This document shows positions 38,501 through 48,520 of a stretch of 64,000 bases of DNA, piece by piece. The stretch comes from Oculina patagonica (lineage: Eukaryota). Below the pieces are notes generated by a model. That model did not search any database, was not told the origin of the DNA, and worked only from the letters and a program-made list of their open reading frames with translations. Location: assembly GCF_052425735.1 (NCBI RefSeq), contig NC_135758.1:13268001-13332000 (forward strand). The letters run 5' to 3'. Made by a program: the position numbers and the translations under genes. The first letter of the stretch is position 1. Every line of letters starts with the position of its first letter.

Positions 38501-39035
38501 AAACCTCTTTTTTCCAGATAGATTGTCACCCTGCGGTCCAGTATACTCAAAGTTGTAGCTCCTCTTTGTTTAAGTTAGAAAGCCATATTTTTCTAGATTT
38601 TCTTGTTTACCATCGCTCCTGGTTGCTCACTTGTCACATATGGTTTCTTCATTTCAGTCGATTTCCACAGTAGTAAACAGAAGGACCAAGGATTTCCAGA
38701 GGTCTAGAAGCCGAGGTAGTTCTACTTAGATTGTCCATTGTTCGTTGTAGGTAGTATTCCATGTCTTATTTTAAAAACGTGTTTCCGAGGCTTAGCCATC
38801 AAAAGAAATCACGTTTTGCCGTTAAAAGTCCAGGTTTCTTGGAGTTCCAGCTTTCCAGAGAAGTTACTCTGGTGTATTACCATTAGTTGATTAGTAAAAA
38901 TTCTAGTTTTTAACATTTGTCGATTACTTCGTTTGTCCAGTGGCAGTGTTTCTCTTCTACATTGTAATGCCACAGATGTCAGCTAAATATACTATTTCTG
39001 TCAACTTATAAAACGGGTTACATCAATGTCGAATT
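35500..39035 (-). pseudogene. Decayed coding-like region, candidate NACHT/NLR remnant (right copy)
   Basis: Inverted homologue of 14470-17300. The minus-strand sequence gagttttcacaatgacaggtttctttgaggctgaatctttttatt (~36358-36402) reads EF-H..Q..FFEAE.FI across frames. Confidence 0.35.
35691..36287. mobile_element. 597-bp insertion specific to the right arm
   Basis: Left arm reads uninterrupted ggaaattatactgc at ~17175. Here TATAAT flanks both sides (35685-90, 36288-93). Starts (t)taaagacgagttcgcggatc, a TTAA-AG Kolobok-like end, but no matching second end was found. Confidence 0.65.
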
Positions 39036-39971
39036 TAAAAAAAATACAATGGAAGATAACTCGATTCTAAAACAGTAAATATCTTAACAACATGCAAATA
39101 AAAATGTTACCAAAACTAAAGCAATGCCAACGAAACGGGAAAAATGACATAATTGTTACCGAACAGTGGTAGACAGTGGTCTAAAAGATTACAAAATTTG
39201 CGCTGTAGGTGTTAGTCTCTGTCCTTTGATGCCAATTTCTGCAAAACCAAACCATACGTTGAACCAATCTTCGGACATTCGCCACATTCGTTCGAAGCTG
39301 CTTTTGGATGGCCCAGTCTGGCAGCCATAGTGGTTAAAGACGTTAACCGCCAGCGAGGTCTGCTAGCTAGCTAGCCTGCGAAAGATTCAGTGAGTGTGTT
39401 GTTTGACCTTGCACGAGTATAAATATAGGCGGAATATGAAGCCTCAACAAATGACATAGTTACGAAAACAAGATGAAATAAGATTGTAACACAAAGGAAA
39501 AGAGTAAATTCACGTGGCCCCTCACGTGTCTCAATCAAAATTTCAGGCAAAGAGAATTGTTGGAGATACGTGTGGAAAATGTGCACAAACATTTACACGT
39601 GAGTACATATTATGTAACAGACTTTTGTCATATAAGTCCTTTAACTGTTTGTACATCAAGCACGTTACATTGAATATAATCGAATGTAAATTTTACTTTG
39701 ATCAGTCCTTTTTGGAAGCGAAGACGAGACAACGAGATCGCTTTTACGAAGTTTACATATACGGGTAAAAATAAGACAAAAATTAGACCGTGACGTGTAA
39801 AAAATAGCTAGAAAAGACGCGTGATTCGTAAATTCTGCTGTGACACGTGAATTCCGTTAAAATTTGTGCGTGGAACGGGATCACGAATCGGGGACGGGAT
39901 TAATTTTCCAGACTTTGTATTCATATATTACTATTTTGTCGTGGCTATAGGCAGGCTAACTTCCGCTTTTA

Positions 39972-39999
39972 ACACACACACACACACACACACACACAC
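39972..39999. repeat. (AC)14 microsatellite
   Basis: Read directly. The left-arm homologue at ~13050 has only gtgtgt. Confidence 0.95.
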
Positions 40000-40076
40000 G
40001 ACACAAAAAGATGCATCTCCAAATCGTACGCGTCCCATTCTGTTAAACCATAGTTAGTAGAGGCTTTTATTTTTAT

Positions 40077-40696
40077 TGTGGCTTTTATTGAATTTCAGAC
40101 CTTTCTGTCAGCCTTCTTGGCACCTTTTGTTGAAACAAGCCAGATCAAGCCTGTTGGCACGGCCCGGTTACTTTATGCTGCAGGCCCTACTAACCAGCCG
40201 GAGACGAAATGTCGGGCACCGACCGGGTGACGCTTGGGCCTTTCCAGGGCCATGTTGTGTCACAATTTCTACACTGATTTGACAAAAGGTAGACCTCGGG
40301 ATACGTGCTTGAAGGCCTTCAAGCCAGTCCCGCGCCCGAACATTGAGGAGTGGGGAGGGGGTCAGTCAAGGAAGGTTGTGCCGAGTAGCTCAGTCATTGA
40401 CCGAACAGCCCTAGGGAGACCAAGGTCAGGCATTAAATTGCTGGCTTGCTAAGGGGTGGGCATAGTCAGGTTGGGGTCAATTTCACCAGACTTTGCCAGT
40501 CACAGCAATGTCACGGTAATTTACTCATGATTGTCATGTTCTTGGCAGCTGGCTACAGCCCTGTGGCAGCTCTCGGCTGTTATCAGGGGTGACTAGGCAC
40601 TCCACCTAGCCCCCTAGTCTATCCAGGGACCCTCGGGGGAGGGAGTGTGGCTGTTACTGAATTTCAGACCTTTGTGTCAGCCTTCTGGGCACCTTT
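40077..40696. mobile_element. GC-rich 620-bp element bounded by 51-bp direct repeats
   Basis: tgtggct(t/g)tta(t/c)tgaatttcagaccttt(c/g)tgtcagccttct(t/g)ggcaccttt at 40077-40127 and 40646-40696 (4 mismatches). No ORF of note. Confidence 0.6.
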
Positions 40697-40704
40697 CCAC
40701 CTGG

Positions 40705-41015
40705 ACACCATCAATATAACCGTTAGACTTATCATTGATCAACACATCGACATCTTCAATATAAGCAAAGCAACGCCTATACAGAGTTAACAGGATTTAT
40801 CGTTCGTTAGAGGAAGAAGGACTACAGTCCGCGAGCAGGGCTTCCGGCTTTTGGTGTTTCACGTTTTATGCACGAAACACCAAACAAGAAAGTTTGCTCG
40901 CTAGGAAGACCATCAATATGACCGTTAGACTTATTTCTTATTCAACACATCGACATCTGCTGCATACGCTAAGAAACACCTATGTAAGTAGTCGCTGTAG
41001 TTAGGCGAAGTTAGC
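40705..41015. repeat. ~200-bp unit repeat containing an embedded hairpin
   Basis: accatcaatat(a/g)accgttagactt at ~40707 and ~40909. Further copies at ~42135-42200 and 42600-43360; one inverted copy at 12265-12450. Confidence 0.85.
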
Positions 41016-41119
41016 AATAGAAAGTGAGTTATAATTCTAATTTTTATATTTAAATCGAGTCCATGGCCATGGGTTTCTTTGTCCCATGCTCGCGTCATTG
41101 TTGAAAAATTCATCTTTGA

Positions 41120-41775
41120 TTTGCTGTCGGTGGGTATTTTCCAAGCGTTGCAGTTGTGTATTTCTGTGTTTCTTGTACAGTCGTAGAATCAATAGTCAAT
41201 GTAAACAGTAGGAGTACCTCTTTTTCCAGATAGATTATGTCACCGTGTGGTCTTCAGTTTATTCAAAGTTGTAGTTCATCTTTGCCTAAGATGCAAAGCC
41301 AAATTTTCCTAGATGTTCTTGATTACCATCGCTCCTGGTGTAATAAGACTCGCTTGCTGACTTGTCACGTATGGTTTCCTACATATCAGTCGATGTCCAT
41401 GACAATGAAACGAAGGACCAAGGATTTTCAGAGGTCCAGTAGCTGAGGAAGTCCTACTTAGATTGTCCATGTTCGTTGCAGGTAGTGTTCCATCAAAGGA
41501 AATCACGTTTTGCCGTCAAAATTTCTGGTTTTTTGAAGTTTCCGTTTTCCAGAGAAGTAACTCTGTTGTATTTCCATTAGTTGGTTACCGGTAGTTAAAG
41601 TTAAAAATTTACAATATTTGTCGATTTTAATCGACAATTGTTGTAAATTACTAACTTTTACTACTTCGTTTGTCCAGTGGCAGTGTTTCTCTTCTACCTC
41701 GTAATGCCACAGATGTAAGCTAAATATACTATCTCTGTCAACTTATAAAAATGCTTGCGGGTTACATCAATGTTG
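41120..41775 (-). pseudogene. Third, truncated copy of the start of the decayed coding region
   Basis: Direct repeat of ~38375-39035 and inverted repeat of ~14470-15010. The MDNLSRT-encoding segment (ttagattgtccat) is present in all three. Confidence 0.75.
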
Positions 41776-42599
41776 AATATAAATAAATGGCACGCAATGC
41801 ATGCAGAAGCGATCGATGACGTTTCACAAGGGATCTAACATAATTGTGAGTAAAGTTGTCAAAAACGTAACGTAAATAAAAGTAGCTAGCACCTTTTGCG
41901 TAGCTTGTTAGTGGTTGTATAAATAGCATAGTTATGATGTGATGGAATTTCAAATAAATACGGTAGTTATGAATTCACAGGCCAAGTATGCAAATAATAC
42001 GTTTTCTTCATAGATTTGCTCAATTGAACAATAGTTATATTTTATTTTATATTTTTAGATTTCCTTATGTTGTCTCAACAGAGATTGCGTTATATTGTAG
42101 CGTGACATCCGATGTTGCGTTCGTTTGGCCGAGCTTAGACTTATCAATGATTTACCATATCGACATCTGCAACATATGCAAATGAACGCCTTTGATAATT
42201 TAACTGGATTTATTTATTATTTATTTATTTATTTATTTATTTATAGTTCCCCAAAACAATATATAATATATAAAGAAAAAGGGTTACAGTAGGAGGAAAC
42301 TTAATTCCCATATTAAAGCAGTTCTCCGGACTAAGAGCAAAAAAATTAAAGACTGTTATTTACCACTGGTGTGAAAAAAACTGTTACCTTAGCAATTATT
42401 CAAAAGAACTGCTATTAACAATAAGAAGAAAAAAATTCAAGTTGGAAATAACACAGTCAAATAAATCGTGTTTACTATTTATGTGCTATGACATTTAATG
42501 ACTTGCTTCGAGGACCACACGCGGCTTCAAATTGTTATCACTTTGTCGTACGCATCTATTAAAAAAGGAAAACTTAAAGTATAATTAGTGCGAGCATAA

Positions 42600-43360
42600 T
42601 TTATCGTTCGAGCACAATTTATCGTTTCTTGGAGAAAAAAGGACTACGTACAGCCTGTGAGCAGGGCTTCTCCTTTGGAGTTTCATGTTTTATGCGCGAA
42701 ACTCCAAACAAGAATGTCTGCTCGCTAGGAAGACCATCAATATGACCGTTAGACTATCACTATTTGAACACATCGACATGTGCAACATACGCAAAGTAAC
42801 GAATATGCAGATTTAGCCGGAATTATCTTTCGTTGGAGGACGAAGGACTACAGCCTGCGAGCAGGGCTTTTAGTTCGGAGTTTCATGTTTTATGCATGAA
42901 TCTCCAAACTAAACTCCCTGATCGCAATGAGGACCATAGGTATGACCGTTAGACTGACTGATTCAACACATCGACATCTGCTACATTCGCAAAGTAACAC
43001 CTTTGCAACTAGTGGTCATGGAAAGCTGTAGTTATTTATAATTATATTTAATTCTTAATTTTAATTTATTGCTGTGCATATATTAATTAAATTTATCTAT
43101 ATTAGTTTTGAAAAGATCTAGAGCATTGAGATTTTGGTTTTAATGCGCTTTTAAGTGATTTGGTGGGAGTCAAAATGGGCACAGAGAAAGCACAGCCCAC
43201 GAGCAAGGAATCTGGTTTGGAGTTTCAGTGTTTTATGCACTTAACTCCAAACAAGAATGTCTGCTCGCATATGACCGTTAGACTTTTCATACGCAGAGTA
43301 ATTCTCATGCAACTAGAAGTCGCGGACAGCTGTGGCAAGGCGTAGTTAGCAATAGCTAGT
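42600..43360. repeat. Tandem copies of the ~200-bp hairpin unit
   Basis: tgaccgttagact at ~42742, ~42943 and ~43272. Each unit carries acagcc..gagca..ttggagtttc..aactccaaac. Confidence 0.85.
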
Positions 43361-44714
43361 GCAGTTATATATAAGGCAGGAATCCGATATTCCGGAAATA
43401 TCACTCACGGACCAGTGTAGTGAGATGAAAATTCAGTGTGAGTCATTCCTCGTTGCTATAACCACGATTTTCCAGCCTAGCTGTTGTTAGCTTTGACTGA
43501 GGAAATGTGTTATTTTTCCGTTAGTGATAAGCAGAAAGAAGAACACAGAGATCTCTACCGCATCCAGGAATACAAATGTGCAAATCAGTTTGTCTTCATG
43601 TCACGCTAGCTGTTACTTTGGATCAATGTAAATCTCTTCTTTTCAGTGCATGGCTCTAGAAATCTGGTCAACTCTACCCCATTGGAATGAGAGGTAAGCG
43701 ATGATGTTGTATAATGTTGTATAAAGAGGAGGGTTCAGTTTCCTGTTAGCAAAAAATAGTCACCGAATCCGTAACCTCCAGCTCAAATCGTCCACAGGTT
43801 TGTCTGAATTGCAACTGAAATCTGATTCAAAATTCGAAGGCACCAATGTTGCACGGCTGCTCTGGACACTTACCTTCAGTTCAGTCTTATGAACCGGTGC
43901 CGTGTTTGGTGATAAATGTTCACACCAGTACCACACAGTCGTTAGTACGCGCGGACTAAAAAGACGCGGGATTCGTTAATTCTCAGTTCAGAAGCCCCAA
44001 CAGATTTAGTCAGGTAGTTGTTGCCTCAACTGACACCCTTGTAAGGTAGCTTGGGACTGTTTCGCAGTCCAGCCTTTCTGGTTTTTATTTAAAGCGATGT
44101 ACAAACATCGTTATTGGGAAAAATGATAAATCATGCAATGAGTTGCAAAGGCGTCCTCCTTTGCTAAAACCTATCGAAGAGATCAAAGGAAAATGTTCTA
44201 ATATCGTGAAAGGCAAAGCGAGAAACACAGTGATACCAAGCATTGTTTACAACGAGCACAGAACGTGTGTGGCTTTGCAAGGCTTTTGCTTGAGAGCGAT
44301 ACAAAATTTCTCTAAGGGAAAACAGGTAGGGTGAACCGCAAATAAGCAATCCGACCGTATCTAACGGCGCACTTAATAAAAGCGGGTTACTTAATTTACT
44401 ATGCACATTTTATTTTCATTCCTAGGGTAGCATCACTTGCTGTGTTTAAAGACTAGTCGAACATCTACTGGGTGGGGCAATCACTGTGTTAACATAACAA
44501 GAACAACAACCAAAATGCGGGTAGGTATTTATCACATTATGACATTATTGATTATGTAAAGATGAGCAATTTTAAGAGTAATTACATGTCGGCACTGGTA
44601 CCGTGTTTGACACTGCTTGCCCACTTTTTTGCTTTAACCTCCCGTCGTGTTTGATTCTCAGTGCAACTACTAGATTATACACAAGCAAAAGCTAAGGATA
44701 AAATCCACTGTTGT

Positions 44715-44797
44715 TGTGTCGTCATGACGCCATTGTCAAAAAGACTTAAGTACAAAATGTAAACAACGGCAAGTGTTTGAAAATAGATGATAGGTGA
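44715..44797 (-). mobile_element. Penelope-like element, distal fragment
   Basis: Reverse complement continues the 47727-47912 frame across the Pao TSD (GH*HHLSSIFKH) and then matches the 3' UTR at 48420-48485 (tttacattttgtac...ttgacaatggc..tgacgacac). Confidence 0.7.
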
Positions 44798-45089
44798 TGT
44801 GAATTTCACGGCCAGTCCAGTCCGTATCAGAGTTTCTTAGCTAACGTACATCTCTAAGCCATGCGTGTCTACGCAGCCCTACATTTAGTCCTACGTTTCG
44901 CTTCGAAATTCTCTGAAAATTCGTAACTTTCTTCGCGAACTTCGCGAACTAACTGCTCCAAATCTAATTACAAAGTCAAAAAATACTCGTTTGCCAAAAT
45001 CAAAATGTCACGTGCATGCAAAACACGGAATTATTCAGAGTTACGTTGCCAATCGCGCCCACGTGCATTTAAGCACGAAAGACACGACA
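44798..45089 (-). repeat. 3' LTR (292 bp) of the Pao element
   Basis: Starts TG after the TSD and ends CA at 45088-89. 44940-45089 is repeated at 47568-47719. Confidence 0.9.
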
Positions 45090-45142
45090 GTGGCCCCACA
45101 AACGTCAACGTTTAAGCGTTTGTTAATCCTCGTAAGTGTCTT

Positions 45143-47566
45143 TCATCCCTGTCCATCTAATAGGCACAGCTTCACGATTGGACGATGCAACTCCTTGCTT
45201 GACGTCTTCACCTTAGCGGATCGCACCTTTGAATCTCTTCCCTCAAAGACCTCAGTTACACGACCCACAGTCCACTTGTTGCGAGGGACATTCTCTTCCA
45301 AAACGAGCACCAAGTCGCCCACTCTAACCTTCCTTTGGTCTCTTAACCACTTTCCTCTTTCAGTCAGACTCGGCAGATATTCATTAATCCACCTCTTCCA
45401 GAAGACGTCGGCTAGGTATTGGACCTTTCTCCACTGTTTCCTGCCCAAATGGTCTTCCTTGACGAAAAGCCCTGGTGGCAACCCAGACACCTTCCTTTGC
45501 AGCAAGAAGTGATTGGGGGTTAATGCTTCCAAATCGGCAGGGTTATCTGATGCTGCTACGATTGGACGATTATTCATAATGGATTCCACTTCAGTTAGCA
45601 GTGTTCGCAACGCAAATTCACCGAGCAATCTATCTCCTGCGACAGCCTTCAGATGCTTTTTGGTAGTCTGCACTAGTCGCTCCCAGACCCCGGACATGTG
45701 AGGTGCTGCTGGGGGATGAAAGGTCCACTTGACTTCTCTTTGTTGCAATTCTTGGCAAATTTTTGCGTGGTTCCACCTATCGATGGCTTCGTTCAGTTCG
45801 CGCTCCGCGCCAACAAAGTTAGTGCCTCTATCTGATCTAATTTCCTTGGGAGGACCCCTTCGGTTAATGAACTGTCGCAAGGCCATGATGAAATCGTCAG
45901 TTTCCAATGAGGGCACAAGTTCGAGGAAAACAGCTCGCGTGGACAGACAAGTGAAAATGCATCCCCAGCGCTTTGCTAAACCGCGGCCTCACTTAACCAT
46001 TAGTGGACCGAAAAAGTCGACACCAGAGAACGTGAAGGGCGGATTGTATGGTTTTAATCTCTCTCTAGGAAGGGGAGCCATAATCTGCTTCATAGGCCTC
46101 TCGTTCAATCTGCGACACTTCACACAATTTCTAATGGTGCTCTTTGCTAAACCTCTGCCTCCGAGAATCCAGAACATTTTCCTTGTTTGAGCCAGGGTCT
46201 GCTCCTTGCCGGCATGGGCTAAACCTTCGTGGCAATGACGGACGATCAGCTGACTGATGTGATGGTTCCTTGGAAGTATAACGGGATGTCTTTCGTTATA
46301 CGACAGCACTACTGCCTCCTCTAAGCGACCTCCGACACGAAGAATTCCTTCCGTCAGTACCGGTTTCAACTTTACAAGTTTGGACGACGTCTTTACTTCC
46401 CTGCCGGCCTTGAGGTCTCTCAGTTCTTCTGCAAAGGTTTCAGCCTGAACCAACCGCACGAGAAACAGTGTTGCCTCTTCTAACTCTTCCGTGGTTAGTG
46501 TTCGTGTCGTTGGGGAGACTTCCCGGGACCTCAGCCAGTAGCAAAATCGCACTAGCCAAGCAACGTAACGTAGCAACTTAAACCAAGAGCTGTAGTGCGA
46601 TATCATCTCGTAAACGGTCGGTTTGCTCGCGCATCGAGCATCTGAGTGAACTCCAACGTGAGGGTTAACAGTCCTGATTGAATGAATTTGTGCTTCATTT
46701 CGAACTTCAGGATCGTCATGTGGAACTTCGCCAATCTCAGTTTTGGGCCAGTTGTTCTCCGACTGCCACAAGTACTCTGGTCCTTTCCACCAGCGATGCT
46801 GACTTGATAACCTTTTAGGCTTTAAGCCACGTGAGGCGTCGTTAGCTGGGTTCAACCTTCCAGGACAGTGTCTCCATTGGTCCGGCCTGGTAATCTCACG
46901 AACTTCCGCAATTCTGTTAGCTACGTAGGTGTTGAAACGCTTTGTTTCATTCTTGATGTACTGCAAGGTAGTTTGAGAATCGGTCCAGAATACGACTCTG
47001 TCAATCTTGTAGGTTAACTCATCCCTGCAAACTTGATAAATCTTGGCAGATAACGTTGCAGCTTGTAACGCGAGTCTTGGGATTGAAATAGCTCTCACTG
47101 GCATCGTCTTTGATTTACCAACCAGAAACGAGCACTGAATGGACCCATCTTCATAAACGAACCGCAGATAAGAGCACATGCCGTAACCCTCGTCTGACGC
47201 GTCTGAGTACTGGTGGAGAGAGATTTCCTTTACTTCTCCTTGTAGCTGGAGATAGCATCTTGGTATTTGAACTTGCGATAAAGCTGATAATTCAGACTTC
47301 CAACGTTCCCAGTGGGCCAGCTCAAATTCTGGGACAGGATCGTCCCAATCCAACTGCAGTTTCCACAGCCGCTGCATAATCTTCTTTGCGTCTAGCACCA
47401 CTGGACAAACGAAACCCACAGGATCGTAAAGGGAACTAATAGTCGACAGGATACCTCGTTTCGTAGCTGGTTTGTCTGGCTTTAAGACTCTAAACTGGAA
47501 AACATCTGTTTCGATATTCCACAGGACTCCCAACGCTCTCTCGATCGGCAGCTGATCCAACTTCAT
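45143..47566 (-). pseudogene. pol: BEL/Pao pol 3' half: Pao RNase H-like region, HHCC zinc finger, DDE integrase, C-terminal DUF5641-type tail
   Basis: ERALGVLW, TKRGILSTISSLYDPVG, LHQYSDAS, FWTDS, HCHEGLAHAG..CVKC, GVDFFGP, SDRGTNFVGA, GVWERLV, LTPNHFL, FWKRWINEYL. The two listed ORFs are in one frame (846 nt offset), broken by a single TGA at 45989-45991 where Trp is expected. Confidence 0.95.
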
Positions 47567-47567
47567 C

Positions 47568-47719
47568 TTCGCGAACTAACTAACTGCTCCAAATCTAATT
47601 ACAAAGTCAAAAAATACTCGTTGCCAAAATCAAAATGTCACGTGCATGCAAAACACGGAATTATTCAGAGTTACGTTGCCAATCGCGCCCACGTGCATTT
47701 AAGCACGAAAGACATGACA
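47568..47719 (-). repeat. Truncated 5' LTR (first ~152 bp)
   Basis: Differs from 44940-45089 by one substitution, a 1-bp indel and a 4-bp duplication. Confidence 0.9.
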
Positions 47720-47724
47720 GGTGA

Positions 47725-47925
47725 TGTTAATGTCCTTCCACACGATCAAGTAAATGTCCGCAAATGTAGCCTACATAGCCGCCATCACACAGGTCACATT
47801 GAAATTTATAAAGAACACATTGTTGGTTTACAATCAGTGGCTTTGTTTCATGCATTTTAAGTTCTTGGTCAATTCTGCAGCTCACAAACACCAGCTGGAT
47901 GGCTTTAGGCACTTTTTGGCTAAGG
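47725..47925 (-). mobile_element. Penelope-like element, GIY-YIG endonuclease fragment
   Basis: KPLIVNQQCVLYKFQCDLCDGGYVGYICGHLLDRVEGH fits the PLE GIY-YIG pattern VVY.F.C..C...YVG.T.R.L..R..EH. Confidence 0.85.
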
Positions 47926-48049
47926 GCCTTGCGCTGTTTTTTGACAATATCCGTTAAGGGTTAAATTCTAATTGATAAGACCTCTTGATTAATGTCTCCT
48001 GTATCTTTCGGTGGTGGTAAAGACTGCTGGTCGCAAACCTTTGATTAAA

Positions 48050-48520
48050 CGATTTGTTAAAACAGCTGAGGCAGCTAAAACCCAATCAAAACGTACAATC
48101 GGGCTCCATTGGTGCGAAACTTTTTGTGTATTTTTTATTTTCGCATTCCCTATCATATCAATTTCTTCCCCTGTTGCTTTGCCTTGACGTGTCAGGTAAG
48201 CTTGCGTGCCCTTGCGACCCCCAGAGCTGTGCCGGCGGGAACCTCACGCTCCTGGCATGTTCAACCATGCCGGATTGGTCTGCGGGAGAGGGGTCAGACA
48301 AAACAAGCACCCTGGCCCTCCAGATTGGAGGTTGGGCGTGGGGCCAGCATCCCCACCCTGTAAAAACTCTGATTTTCTACCGAAACGTCATCATATCAAT
48401 TTAGCGTCAACACTGCTTTAAACACTTGTTTTTATTTACATTTTGTACATGAATCACCTTGACAATGGCTTGTTGACGACACCGAAACGTCGAATTTTAT
48501 CGTTACTCTTTGTTTGTTAA
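48050..48520 (+). mobile_element. Penelope-like 3' end in opposite orientation, interrupted by an RTE-type fragment
   Basis: RQLKPNQNVQSGSIGAKLFV resembles the PLE C-terminus (LKPxLNxQ). The 3' UTR resumes at ~48395 and includes ttgacaatggc..gacaccgaaacgtcg. Confidence 0.7.
48165..48390 (+). mobile_element. RTE-clade LINE 5' UTR-like fragment or derived SINE
   Basis: GC-rich island with gccttgacgtg..gcttgcgtgcc..gagctgtgccggcggga..ctcctgg..ccatgccgga..cctccagattggaggttgggcgtggggccagcatccccaccctgtaaaaac, which follows the layout I recall for RTE/BovB-type 5' UTRs. Confidence 0.65.

Larger units (their letters stand above)
27255..41015 (-). repeat. Right arm of large diverged inverted duplication
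   Basis: Reverse-complement counterpart of 12265-24430. Has extra sequence at ~27720-29130, 35691-36287 and ~40030-40700. Confidence 0.92.
44798..47719 (-). mobile_element. Internally deleted BEL/Pao LTR retrotransposon
   Basis: TG...CA termini, 5-bp TSD GGTGA (44793-97, 47720-24), complete 3' LTR, half 5' LTR, G-rich PPT-like tract beside the 3' LTR, pol 3' half. Confidence 0.95.

Noticed and set aside
12265-41015. Palindrome as a simple fold-back read artefact
   Set aside because: The arms differ by many substitutions and by discrete insertions with their own TSDs. A haplotype misjoin is not excluded.
45989-45991. TGA as programmed readthrough or selenocysteine
   Set aside because: It falls inside the integrase core where Trp is plausible; a TGG to TGA change or a sequencing error is simpler.
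44991-47379. Plus-strand ORFs over the Pao element
   Set aside because: Antisense shadows of pol and LTR sequence.
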